NCBI GenBank assembly: GCA_963996465.1
Contig: CAXEHI010000031.1
Span: 12,957 to 76,956 of the forward strand
From: an uncultured Thermoplasmata archaeon
GTDB taxonomy: Archaea > Thermoplasmatota > Poseidoniia > MGIII > CG-Epi1
DNA length: 64,000 bases
Reading direction: 5' to 3'
The notes under the pieces are model-generated. The model had not been told where the DNA came from and ran no database searches. It was given only the letters and a program-made list of their open reading frames with translations. Shown one piece after another: positions 28,012-38,300 of the stretch. Every line of letters begins with the position of its first letter. The first letter of the stretch is position 1. A program made the translations under genes and the position numbers.

Positions 28012-29172
28012 ATGAAAATAGGAATACCTAAAGAACCTGAAGCTGAAAAAAGGGTTGCAATGGTTCCTGATGTTATCCCAAAATTAACTAAAAATGGTTT
28101 TGAGATTGTAGTGGAAGATGGATTAGGAAATAGTGCAGGATTTTCAAATGAAGAATATAGAGTAAAGGGTGCAAACGTCACTACTCGAAATGAAGTAATG
28201 GATTCTGAAATAATTATGTCTATTGGAGTTCCTGAAAATGAAAAATGGAATGATGGTCAAACGGTTGTTTGTTTAGCAGACCCGTTTAGAGAGAATGAAA
28301 TAGTAAAACGACTAGCAAAAGAAGGTGTGAATCTTTGTTCGATGGATATGATACCTCGTAGATTATCAAAAGCTCAGTCAATGGATGTAAATTCAAGTCA
28401 GGATAATTTAGCAGGATACAAATCTGTAATTCTTGGGGGACAACAAAGTAACAAATTATTTCCAATGATGATGACTTCTGCAGGAACTGTAAGACCTGCT
28501 AAAGTTGTTATTATGGGAGCAGGTGTTGCAGGACTTCAGGCCATAGCTACTGCGAAAAGGCTTGGAGCGGTAGTGTATGCTTCGGATGTTAGACTAGCCG
28601 CAAAGGAACAGATAGAAAGTTTAGGAGGGAAATTTATAGAAGTAGAAGGGATGGAAGATTTTGAAGATGAAAGTGGATATGCTAAACCTTTGACCCCGGA
28701 ATTTATACAGAAAGTAAATGAAACTGTTTGTAAAGTTGCAGAAGATGCAGATGTTGTGATAACCACTGCGCGTATATTCGGTAGAGATGCACCCATAACC
28801 GTTCCTGCTGATGCCGTAAAGAGAATGAAAAAAGGAGCTGTGATAGTTGATATGAATACAGATACAGGAGGGAATTGTGAATTATCTGAAATGGATAAAG
28901 TTGTAGAAAAAGAAGGTGTTGTTATTGTAGGAGTATCTAATTTACCTGGAACAGTAGCCAATACTGCATCTATGTTATATGCAAATAATGTTGCGAATTT
29001 TGTTAATTCATTATCGAAAGATGGGGAATTTATTTTAGATATGGAAGATGAAATTCTAATAGGGCCTTCAGAAGAGTCTGATTTCTATGTGAAAGGGATG
29101 GGTGGGGTTCTTGTAACTACGAATGGTGAAATTCAAAAAAAGCAAGAAAGATTGAAAGAGGTAATTAAATAA
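28012..29172 (+). CDS. pntAA: NAD(P) transhydrogenase subunit alpha part 1 (PntAA, dI)
   Basis: Alanine-dehydrogenase/PNT N- and C-domains with GAGVAGLQAIATAKRLGA Rossmann motif. Confidence 0.85.
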   Translation: MKIGIPKEPEAEKRVAMVPDVIPKLTKNGFEIVVEDGLGNSAGFSNEEYRVKGANVTTRNEVMDSEIIMSIGVPENEKWNDGQTVVCLADPFRENEIVKRLAKEGVNLCSMDMIPRRLSKAQSMDVNSSQDNLAGYKSVILGGQQSNKLFPMMMTSAGTVRPAKVVIMGAGVAGLQAIATAKRLGAVVYASDVRLAAKEQIESLGGKFIEVEGMEDFEDESGYAKPLTPEFIQKVNETVCKVAEDADVVITTARIFGRDAPITVPADAVKRMKKGAVIVDMNTDTGGNCELSEMDKVVEKEGVVIVGVSNLPGTVANTASMLYANNVANFVNSLSKDGEFILDMEDEILIGPSEESDFYVKGMGGVLVTTNGEIQKKQERLKEVIK

Positions 29173-29480
29173 TGGATTTGGAAACATTAATTGCATCGAT
29201 AACGGTTTTTGCATTAGCTATTTTTTTAGGATTTGAACTTATTACAAAAGTTCCTCCAACACTACATACACCACTAATGTCTGGTGCTAACGCGATTTCT
29301 GGAATTACGATCGTTGGAGCTTTGATTTTTTCTAATACTGAATTTAATGACGGAGATCCTGGACGTGCTGCTTGGTTAGCGTTTTTTGCATTGATTCTTG
29401 CTACGATTAATGTGATTGGCGGATTTGCTGTAACTAATAGAATGTTGAATATGATTGCTGGAAAAAGGAGAGGAAAATAA
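29172..29480 (+). CDS. pntAB: NAD(P) transhydrogenase subunit alpha part 2 (PntAB, membrane)
   Basis: 102 aa, three TM helices. Lies between pntAA and pntB with overlapping stop/start codons. Confidence 0.8.
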   Translation: MDLETLIASITVFALAIFLGFELITKVPPTLHTPLMSGANAISGITIVGALIFSNTEFNDGDPGRAAWLAFFALILATINVIGGFAVTNRMLNMIAGKRRGK

Positions 29481-30892
29481 TGGATTTAGCAATGTGGGAT
29501 GTTGGATACTTAGTTGCATCTATATTATTCATAATGGGGTTGAAAAAATTAGGACATCCACGCACGGCCCCGACGGGAAATCTATACGGTGCAACAGGAA
29601 TGTTAGTTGCAGTAGTTGTTACCATTGCCCAAATGGATTTTGGTAATGTTGACAATTTTATTTTAATTATTGCAGGTTTGAGTACTGGAGGAGTTATCGG
29701 TTATGTAATGGCCGTTAGAGTTCAAATGACGGGGATGCCGGAAATGGTGGCTCTGTTCAATGGATTTGGTGGTGCAGCTAGTGCACTTGTTGCTGCATCT
29801 GAGGTTTTTAGAAGAATAAATAGTGGTGAGATACCTACTGGTTTAGAATTACAAGTTGCTTGGATTGCAATTGGCCTTTCTGCTTTAGTTGGATGGATGA
29901 CTTTGACTGGGAGTTTGCTTGCCATGATGAAATTGAAGGGTGGAGTGGAAATTTTTGGAACGTGGTATAGAACTCCTACATGGGGGCCTGAGTGGTTAAA
30001 TTACGTTAAAGGAATATTCCTGATTGGTATTGTTGGTCTAATTTATATGACGATGGAAGAGCCTGAAAATTCAAATTACGTAATAGGAATCATTGTACTT
30101 TCTTGTATTCTGGGTATTTTGTTTGTACTTCCAATCGGTGGAGCAGATATGCCAGTTGTTGTAAGTTTACTAAATTCATTATCAGGAGTAGCTGCTGCAT
30201 TTACTGGATTTATTATAGGTAATAATGTTTTGATTATTGCAGGTTCGATGGTTGGTGCTGCGGGTTTGATTTTGACAAACATTATGTGTAAAGCAATGAA
30301 TCGACAATTGATAGACGTATTGTTCAAATCTTTTGGTGGTTCAGATAAAGAGCAAGTAACGCGAACAAAAGTTGGTTCGGATCCGGAAGAAGTTGCTATG
30401 ATATGTGATGGAATCTCTAAATGTGTTATTATTCCAGGATATGGAATGGCTGTTTCGCAATGTCAACATCAAGTTCGTGAATTTGCAGATATTTTAGAGG
30501 AGAATGGATGTGAAGTAAAATATGGAATACATCCTGTTGCTGGACGTATGCCTGGACATATGAATGTATTACTAGCAGAAGCAAGTGTTCCTTATGAAAA
30601 ATTAATTGAAATGGAAGAAATTAACTCAGAGATGAGTGATTGTGATGTTGCTTTAGTTGTGGGTGCCAATGATACTGTTAACCCAGCTGCTAGAACAGGT
30701 GAAGGGCCATTAGCAGGGATGCCGATTATAGATGCAGATAAAGCTCGTGTTGTTGTAATTGTAAAAAGATCATTGTCTGTAGGGTATGCAGGCGTGGATA
30801 ATGATTTATTTTATGATGACAAAACTATGATGTTATTTGGTGATGGAAAAAAGATGATGACTGAACTAGTATCTGCAATGAAGGAATCTTAG
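29480..30892 (+). CDS. pntB: NAD(P) transhydrogenase subunit beta (PntB)
   Basis: 470 aa. N-terminal membrane domain and C-terminal dIII NADP(H)-binding domain (GYGMAVSQCQH, VVGANDTVNP). Confidence 0.85.
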   Translation: MDLAMWDVGYLVASILFIMGLKKLGHPRTAPTGNLYGATGMLVAVVVTIAQMDFGNVDNFILIIAGLSTGGVIGYVMAVRVQMTGMPEMVALFNGFGGAASALVAASEVFRRINSGEIPTGLELQVAWIAIGLSALVGWMTLTGSLLAMMKLKGGVEIFGTWYRTPTWGPEWLNYVKGIFLIGIVGLIYMTMEEPENSNYVIGIIVLSCILGILFVLPIGGADMPVVVSLLNSLSGVAAAFTGFIIGNNVLIIAGSMVGAAGLILTNIMCKAMNRQLIDVLFKSFGGSDKEQVTRTKVGSDPEEVAMICDGISKCVIIPGYGMAVSQCQHQVREFADILEENGCEVKYGIHPVAGRMPGHMNVLLAEASVPYEKLIEMEEINSEMSDCDVALVVGANDTVNPAARTGEGPLAGMPIIDADKARVVVIVKRSLSVGYAGVDNDLFYDDKTMMLFGDGKKMMTELVSAMKES

Positions 30893-31818
30893 ATTAGTTT
30901 ATCAAACCAAGGTATTGTTTTCTTCAAGCCTTCCTCTAAACTAGTTGAAGGCGACCAGTCAATGATTTTGTTCGCTAGGGAAATGTCTGGATTGCGTCTT
31001 TTAGGATCATCAATCGGTAAATCTTTGTGTATAAGTTCAGATTCTGAATTGGTAAGGGAGATGACCATATTAGCTAAATCCAGAATACTATATTCAGAAG
31101 GATTGCCCAGATTCAATGGTGATTGATAAGTAGAATTCATTAATCGAACTATACCATCTATTAAATCGTCAACGTAGCAGAAGCTACGCGTTTGTAGACC
31201 ATCACCATAGATTGTTACTGGTTTATTTTTAAGAGCTTGGCAGATAAAATTTGAAACAACGCGACCGTCTTGAGGGTCCATGTGTGGGCCGTATGTGTTA
31301 AAGATTCTTGCAATACGAATATCGACTCCTGCATGTTCTTGATAAGCGATTAACAGTGACTCAGCTACTCGTTTACCTTCGTCATAACATGCACGCGGAC
31401 CTATTGGATTTACATTGCCCCAATAATCTTCTGATTGTGGATGAACTTCTGGATCACCATAAACTTCGGAAGTAGAAGCATGGAGAATTGGTATGTTTAA
31501 TCTTTTAGCCATTCCTAAAACATTGTAAATTGCTAAAGTTCCCATTTTTAGGGTTTTGATTGGATTATGTTGGTAATCCACAGGAGATGCCGGTGAAGCA
31601 AAGTTGAAAATGCCATTTATTTTTTCTGGAAAAAATGGTGTTGTCAAATCATGACACTCCAAATCAAAGTTTGGATTTGATTTTAAATGTGAAACATTAT
31701 TTTCATTTCCTGTACTAAAGTCATCTAAACAGAGAACAGCATTTCCATCATTAAGGAGGCGTTCACATAGATGTGATCCAAGAAAGCCTGCACCACCTGT
31801 TACTAGATAACGATTCAA
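30889..31818 (-). CDS. UDP-glucuronate decarboxylase / NAD-dependent sugar epimerase-dehydratase (UXS-like)
   Basis: TGGAGFLGSHL Rossmann motif, YxxxK (YDEGK), 309 aa. Closest resemblance is to UDP-xylose synthase type. Confidence 0.7.
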   Translation of the reverse strand: MNRYLVTGGAGFLGSHLCERLLNDGNAVLCLDDFSTGNENNVSHLKSNPNFDLECHDLTTPFFPEKINGIFNFASPASPVDYQHNPIKTLKMGTLAIYNVLGMAKRLNIPILHASTSEVYGDPEVHPQSEDYWGNVNPIGPRACYDEGKRVAESLLIAYQEHAGVDIRIARIFNTYGPHMDPQDGRVVSNFICQALKNKPVTIYGDGLQTRSFCYVDDLIDGIVRLMNSTYQSPLNLGNPSEYSILDLANMVISLTNSESELIHKDLPIDDPKRRNPDISLANKIIDWSPSTSLEEGLKKTIPWFDKLI

Positions 31819-32672
31819 AAATCCTCCGAGATATCCTTGATAACTTTACTCCATTTGTATTGATGGGAAAGTATAAGATGAGATCTGAACCAATCTTCCA
31901 TAGTACCTATATCAAATCTTGTGCCTGAAAACTTCCATGCCAAAAGTGAATTACTTTGTGCAGTCATATTCATAGCATCAGTAAGTTGAATCTCCCCACC
32001 CACGCCTGCATTGACTTCTGATTGATAATCGAAAATATCTGGAGTGAAGATATACCTACCGAGAACGCCTAAATTGGAAGGGGCATCAGAAGGTTCTGGT
32101 TTTTCAACTAATGAATCGACATTGAATAAAGAATCTTCTATTTTATCACCAGACATTACACCGTATCGACGTGTATCTTCCATTGCAATTTTTTCAACAG
32201 CGAAAACCGGTTGATGATGATTATTGAAAATATCAACTAAACCTTTAGTGCAATTTGGATCCCCTACACAGATAGTGTCACCGAGTAAAACTGCAAATGG
32301 ATCATCGCCTACGAAATCTTTAGCACATAAGATGGCATCCCCTAAACCTTTCTGTGATTCCTGTCTAATGAAAGTAATATTGGCTAAATTGGAAACTTGT
32401 TTAACTTTTGCTAAATCTTCATCTTTGCCTCTGCGTTTTAAGGAATCTTCTAAATCTGGAGAAGGATTGAAATGGTTCTCAATTGCAGCTTTGTGTTTTC
32501 CTGTAATTATAGCGATATCTGTAATATTTGCATCAATAGCTTCTTCGACAACCCACTGAATAGTAGGTTTATCTACTACAGGTAACATTTCTTTGGGTTG
32601 AGCTTTGGTTAAAGGTAGAAAACGTGTACCTAAACCTGCGGCCGGAATGACTGCTTTAATGTTCGATGCCAT
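31815..32672 (-). CDS. galU: UTP-glucose-1-phosphate uridylyltransferase (GalU)
   Basis: N-terminal AVIPAAGLGTRFLPLTKAQPKEMLPVVDKP nucleotidyltransferase signature. Confidence 0.8.
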   Translation of the reverse strand: MASNIKAVIPAAGLGTRFLPLTKAQPKEMLPVVDKPTIQWVVEEAIDANITDIAIITGKHKAAIENHFNPSPDLEDSLKRRGKDEDLAKVKQVSNLANITFIRQESQKGLGDAILCAKDFVGDDPFAVLLGDTICVGDPNCTKGLVDIFNNHHQPVFAVEKIAMEDTRRYGVMSGDKIEDSLFNVDSLVEKPEPSDAPSNLGVLGRYIFTPDIFDYQSEVNAGVGGEIQLTDAMNMTAQSNSLLAWKFSGTRFDIGTMEDWFRSHLILSHQYKWSKVIKDISEDF

Positions 32673-32767
32673 TAATTGGGCATAGATGGTATAGATAAGG
32701 CTTTTTCAGAACTAAAAATAATAGAAAAGGGACTTAATTCTAAAACTAGGCCTCTTTTAGGAAGAGA

Positions 32768-33472
32768 ATGGTACGCATCATACTAGTTGAACCGAAGCAC
32801 CCAGGAAATGTTGGAGCGGTTGCTAGAGTAATGGGGAATTTTGGTATTGAAGAATTGATTTTGATAGGCGGGTGTGAAATAAATGATGAAGCTTATCACC
32901 GATCTACATCTGGTAAGCATATATTAGAAAAAAGTCAAAGATTTGATGACCTAAAGGAAGGGTTAGCAGGTGGTGAAGTAAATGTTGGAACGAGTGGCAT
33001 TATTCCAGGAGGGGACAAAAGATGGTATCGTACACCAATACATTGTAAAGATTTGTTAAGTAAATTAGACGGACGGAAGCCAAATTTGATATTTGGGAGA
33101 GAAGATTTTGGTTTGTATAAAGAAGAGTTGTCCCTGTGTGAAATTGCTGTTAGAGTGCCCACCAATCCAGACAAACCGATACTGAATTTATCTCATGCAG
33201 TTGGAATATTATTATATGAATTGAATCGTAAAAATAAATTTAAACTTCCTTCACGACCGAAAAAAATTAAACAGAAAGAAATAGAAATAATGGTAACTTC
33301 ATTTATAGATGTACTTAAAGAAACGAAATATCCAGAAAGAAGATTGCATAGAGCAGAAACTACATTACGTAGAATTATATCAAGAGGGTCGTTAGATGAA
33401 TATGAATATGACACATTTATGGGAATGATAAAGGATATAGAAAAAAATCAAAATGAGGTGAAAAATGGATAA
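32768..33472 (+). CDS. SPOUT/TrmH-family tRNA 2'-O-methyltransferase, TrmJ-like
   Basis: The N-terminus IILVEPKHPGNVGAVARVMGNFG is characteristic of TrmJ/aTrmJ. C-terminal extension as in the archaeal enzymes. Confidence 0.6.
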   Translation: MVRIILVEPKHPGNVGAVARVMGNFGIEELILIGGCEINDEAYHRSTSGKHILEKSQRFDDLKEGLAGGEVNVGTSGIIPGGDKRWYRTPIHCKDLLSKLDGRKPNLIFGREDFGLYKEELSLCEIAVRVPTNPDKPILNLSHAVGILLYELNRKNKFKLPSRPKKIKQKEIEIMVTSFIDVLKETKYPERRLHRAETTLRRIISRGSLDEYEYDTFMGMIKDIEKNQNEVKNG

Positions 33473-33863
33473 AGAAAAACGAATGAGTGTTATTCAATTT
33501 TTGCTTGAGGGTGCTACGGAAATATTAGGAGAAAAAACACTAAAAGAACGTTTTACAGAAATGGAAAATCCAGAAATTGATATGGAAAAAATTAAGATAA
33601 ATCACATAACGAGAGCGCTGAGAGATTCGCCTGAATTTGTAACGGATTTACAGAGACGATTAATTGAATTAAAAAATGTTGCAGAAACTCTGCGTATGCC
33701 TCAAGCAAAAATAATTGAGAAGTGGTTAGAAGATGATTGTTTGCCCTGTTTGGTAGAAAAGGTAATTGATGGTTACTCAAACATATATTACATACTAATT
33801 GCGATTGATGAGAAGATAATGTGGACTGGGTGGGGTGTATTTGGAAAATTTAATAATCCATAA
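33465..33863 (+). CDS. Hypothetical protein (132 aa)
   Basis: Coding-like ORF with 8-nt overlap to the upstream gene. No recognisable motif. Confidence 0.4.
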   Translation: MDKEKRMSVIQFLLEGATEILGEKTLKERFTEMENPEIDMEKIKINHITRALRDSPEFVTDLQRRLIELKNVAETLRMPQAKIIEKWLEDDCLPCLVEKVIDGYSNIYYILIAIDEKIMWTGWGVFGKFNNP

Positions 33864-33895
33864 ACTTAAAGCACGTAAACGGAGATAGGTGTTTT

Positions 33896-34609
33896 GTGAA
33901 ATTAATTTATAGAAATCAAAGTGAAGCACAAAAACTTCTGAATTGTATGCTGTTGATTGCATTTCTAGCGATTGTGGTAGCATATATTATGGCCGTAATG
34001 AATAAGAATCATGTAGCATGGCTACCGTTCATATCAGAATTGGATCAATATGAACCAGAAGGGAGAGTGTGGACTTTTGGATTGACTTTTGCTGGGATAA
34101 TATCTATACCTATATGGATGAAATTATATAGAAAATGGGATAAGGAATTACGCGCTTCGAATGCCGATAAAAAATGGCTGAAAGCAAATATGTTGGTATT
34201 TGTAATGGCGCAGATTGCAACTGTATCTTTGATATGGTGTGTAAACTTACCGTTCAACGAATATCCAGTTCCTCATGGAATTACAGCAGGAGTTTACTTT
34301 TGGTTGATTCTTAGCGTAGGAACACTTACTATATTAATTGTTAGAAAAATAGACAACTATCCTAAAGATTTGATTAAAATGAGGATAGGAATGAATGTAG
34401 CAGGATATGCCTGTATGATATTGATGGGGGCCTTTGTTCCTGAAGAGATGATAGAAGCAATAAATGACCCGGATTCGAATTGGGCTGATAATCATGACCA
34501 TGCAGTGCATGGGATGGCTGCGCTATTCGAATGGTTGATGGTGTTTATTGCACACATGAGTTATTTCTATACATTCAACTATGATTTAGAAGGCGAAACT
34601 ATACAATAA
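33896..34609 (+). CDS. Multi-pass membrane protein, paralogue A (GTG start)
   Basis: 237 aa, about six TM helices, conserved His residues (PHGITAG, HGMAA). Tandem duplicate of the next gene. Confidence 0.6.
   Translation: MKLIYRNQSEAQKLLNCMLLIAFLAIVVAYIMAVMNKNHVAWLPFISELDQYEPEGRVWTFGLTFAGIISIPIWMKLYRKWDKELRASNADKKWLKANMLVFVMAQIATVSLIWCVNLPFNEYPVPHGITAGVYFWLILSVGTLTILIVRKIDNYPKDLIKMRIGMNVAGYACMILMGAFVPEEMIEAINDPDSNWADNHDHAVHGMAALFEWLMVFIAHMSYFYTFNYDLEGETIQ
34133..34178 (+). repeat. 46-nt exact direct repeat shared by the tandem paralogues (second copy at 34883..34929)
   Basis: The string AAAATGGGATAAGGAATTACGCGCTTCGAATGCCGATAAAAAATGGC occurs identically in both genes, spaced by the gene period (748 nt). 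Confidence 0.8.
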
Positions 34610-34643
34610 AGACTTAAAACCAGTTTAATAGAATATAGAATTC

Positions 34644-35357
34644 GTGAAGTTGATCTATCGAAATCAAAGCGAAGCTCAAAAACTTCTAAATTGTATGTTG
34701 TTACTTGCATTCCTAACTCTCGTGATTTCATACATTATAGGAGTAATGAATGGACATCATGAAGCTTGGTTACCTACCATATCAGAACTAGATGAATATG
34801 CGAATCCTGAAGGAATGATATGGACATTTGGATTAACATTAGCCGGGATATTATCCATACCAGTCTGGTTGAAGTTATATGAAAAATGGGATAAGGAATT
34901 ACGCGCTTCGAATGCCGATAAAAAATGGCATAGAGCGAATTTGATGGTGTTTGTAATGACGCAATTAGCAACTGTATCTTTTATCTGGTGTGTGAATTTT
35001 CCTTTGAACAAATATGCAGTTCCTCATGGACTTACTGCAGGAATTTATTTCTTTCTCGTTCTGACATTAGGAACAATCGCCATATTAGTAGTAAGAAACA
35101 TAGACAACTATCCAAAAGAATTGATTAGACTTAGAATGTTATTGAATTTTGCAGGATATGCCAGTTTCTTACTTCTAGGCTACTTTGTACCAGATGGGGT
35201 GGAGCCACTATTCATGTATGAATCATTAGGTCCTGATCATTTACACGGCGTGCATGCTTGGACGGCCTTTTTTGAATGGACGATGGTCTTCACTGCACAA
35301 ATAGGATATTTTTACACCCTTAATCACGATATGAAAGGTGAATCTATAATAGAATAG
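34644..35357 (+). CDS. Multi-pass membrane protein, paralogue B (GTG start)
   Basis: 237 aa. Same length and topology as paralogue A, and the N-terminus is nearly identical (KLIYRNQSEAQKLLNCMLL). Confidence 0.6.
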   Translation: MKLIYRNQSEAQKLLNCMLLLAFLTLVISYIIGVMNGHHEAWLPTISELDEYANPEGMIWTFGLTLAGILSIPVWLKLYEKWDKELRASNADKKWHRANLMVFVMTQLATVSFIWCVNFPLNKYAVPHGLTAGIYFFLVLTLGTIAILVVRNIDNYPKELIRLRMLLNFAGYASFLLLGYFVPDGVEPLFMYESLGPDHLHGVHAWTAFFEWTMVFTAQIGYFYTLNHDMKGESIIE

Positions 35358-35362
35358 AATGA

Positions 35363-38300
35363 TCAATCCTTACGTGAAAAGATGGTACCTAAAGCAGAGA
35401 TGAGTACAGTTACACCAAGGAAACCGGCGAGATAATATTCAATATTTTGAATGCCACCCTCTTTGACTTCGAAGTTTATACTTGTTGTTTGCACATTACC
35501 TGCTACGTCATATGCAGATATGGTTACTGTGAATTCCCCATAGGTGTATAATTCATAATCTGAATCGAAAATGAAATCCTGAAGAGAGGAATCTGGGGCG
35601 AACGTAGTATCGACTGTTTGTGTAACTCCCTCAACTACATATGTGCCGAATATGCGTATCTCCAAATAATCTATACCGCTATTTTCATCTGAAGTAGCCC
35701 AACTAAATTCAACAGGTAACCCTTCATCAACCAAACGATATTGAATATCTATGTCAGCAGTTAATGTGGGTGCAGTAGTGTCCAAATTGAAACTCACTGA
35801 AGTTTCGTAAGAATTGTCAACATTGTCGACTACCCTTATTGTAATTTCATGCATTCCATCTTGTAAATCTGGAATTTGGGATTCGGTCAGAATACCCATA
35901 TCAGTCCATTCACCGTCATCGAATTTGATGAGTGTGTGACTTACACCGGTAGTATTATCGTAAGTTGTCCACTCGATTGAAATTGGGGCCGTTCCATATA
36001 ATTCATCCATAACTTCCAATTCTGCACCAGGAGAAACAGTATCAATAACGAATGAAACGGTAGAATTCATAGTATTGCCAGCAGCATCATAGACCATGAC
36101 ATCTACAGTGTGCATACCTTCTGATAGATTAGCAAAAGTCCTTTCAATATCGAGATCTACTGATTCCCAAACACCTTCATCTATCCTGATATCGTAACTA
36201 GATAACCAAGTTTGAGAATCGCTACCATCCCAAGTAACAGTTACTGATGAAACTGAAAATTCTGCACCGTCAGAAGGATAAGTGAAGGATACAGAGGGAG
36301 AAGATATATCGATTGTGAAGGAAACTGAATCTGAAGCAGAGTTTCCAGCTACATCTGTAATCATAATATCAACAGTGTAATCTCCATTAGATAAATCTGT
36401 AAAGTCGAAGGAAGTGTCTGAACCTAAATTTTGCCATGGGCCTGAATTGACACTCATTGAATAATAATCAATACCTGAAGTTTCATCAGAACCAGACCAA
36501 GAAACTTGAAGAGTTGTTGAGCTAACAATAAAGCCTGCTTCAGGAGAAGAAATTGAAACAGAAGGATTGGTTAAATCTGTTATGAAACTTAAAGAAGTTT
36601 CGTATTGATTGCCGGCCAGATCGGTTACTTTAACTGAAACAGTGTGAGTGCCATCTGAAAAAGATTCTGAATGAGAATTCGAATTGTCTGGAGCAGACCA
36701 TTGACCATCATCAAATTTAATTTCATAGCTTGCAACATCAGATAATGGCGTACCCGAATCACTACCATCCCATGTGAAAGAAACTGGCATAGAATTATGA
36801 TATGACCCTTCATTAGGTGATGTGATTGCAACTGTAGGATCTGTTAGATCGATTATTACCATAATAGAATCAGCAGTACTGTGACCAACTATATCATAAA
36901 CGATTACTTGAAGAGAATGGACACCTTCAGAAAGTGTTAATGTTTTCTGAGTGTTCCATGTAAAGGTGCCTTCGTAAGATTCGAAATTACCATCTGCATC
37001 GTAAACGTAAAGTTCGTAGTAATCAACACCGCTGTGATCATCAGAACCACCCCAAGAAACGGTGATAGTATCTGTATTGAAATATTGATAATTGGATGGA
37101 CTATCGATAGATACTTCAGGGTTAGTTAAATCTATCTTAAATGGCCCTATAGTGTAAACAGAATTATTCCAATAACCTGTCGAATCGACTGCTCTTATAT
37201 GAACATAATATTCTCCAGTTTCATCAACTGTAAAGGAAAGATTTGAATCGGTAGTAGATATCTCTGCAGGAGGTATACTACTTGATTCTTTATTCCAAAT
37301 AGCTGAATAGCCTGCTATTTCTCCATTTAGATCGTAAGCTCCTGACCACTCCACATAAATGTCACTTACACTGGACCAAGTATTGACTTCTATGTTTGAA
37401 GTGAAACTGTCTGGATTGTGGGGTCTTGTATTATCTACTCTAATCGAAGAAGCTTCGGTTTCGAAACAGACGTCCCCGTAACAAACTTGGGCTTTTATTG
37501 AGTGATCGCCATCTACATAATCTGAAGTAGACCAAGCGTAAGACCATGAAGTACCTAGTACGTTAGCATCCTCCCACATATCATTTTCGTCAAAATCTGT
37601 TCCTGCAGAAATCATAACAGAAACTGATGATGACATCTCTGCGAATATTTCTATTTCATCGACAAAAGCACCTATTCCGTTATCTTGAGGAGCGATATCT
37701 GTCCAATTACTGATACTGAGATTACCCCAAGTAGCGTTAGTCTCAACACTACCTTCGGAAGGAAGAGTACCGTTACGATAAGATTCTGGATTAGAATTAT
37801 TATCATTCTCAACTTCATACTCTGTTGAACCTCCGTTCTTCTTCAAAAAGAGATATTCGATATCCTGACCAGCAGAAGCTGAAACATCGATAGTCACTCC
37901 GTAAAGATTATCTCCTACAGACTCCATAACAACAGAATTATCAGAATTCCAAGAACCGTCCCCATCGGCACCGAGTTCTGGAATATTCCCATAAACATGG
38001 AATTCGTCACCTGGTGAGCCGGGGCCGAATACGTCATAGTGAACTTCAAAGTAAATACCGAGATATGGTGCTGAACTAGAGAAAGTGAAGCTGAAACTTT
38101 CTAAATCGCCCTCGCCTGGAGTGATATCAATCATTGCAGATTCCCAACCATCTGATGAACCGCTGAAAATTTCTGAAGCTAAACCATTACCTCCCGCGAA
38201 AGCTTCGAATTCTAGGAAATCTTCACCTTCATTAGCGTCCACCATATAATCGAAAACAATGTATGGATTTTGATAGTCTTCTATATCTAGTGGATGAGAT

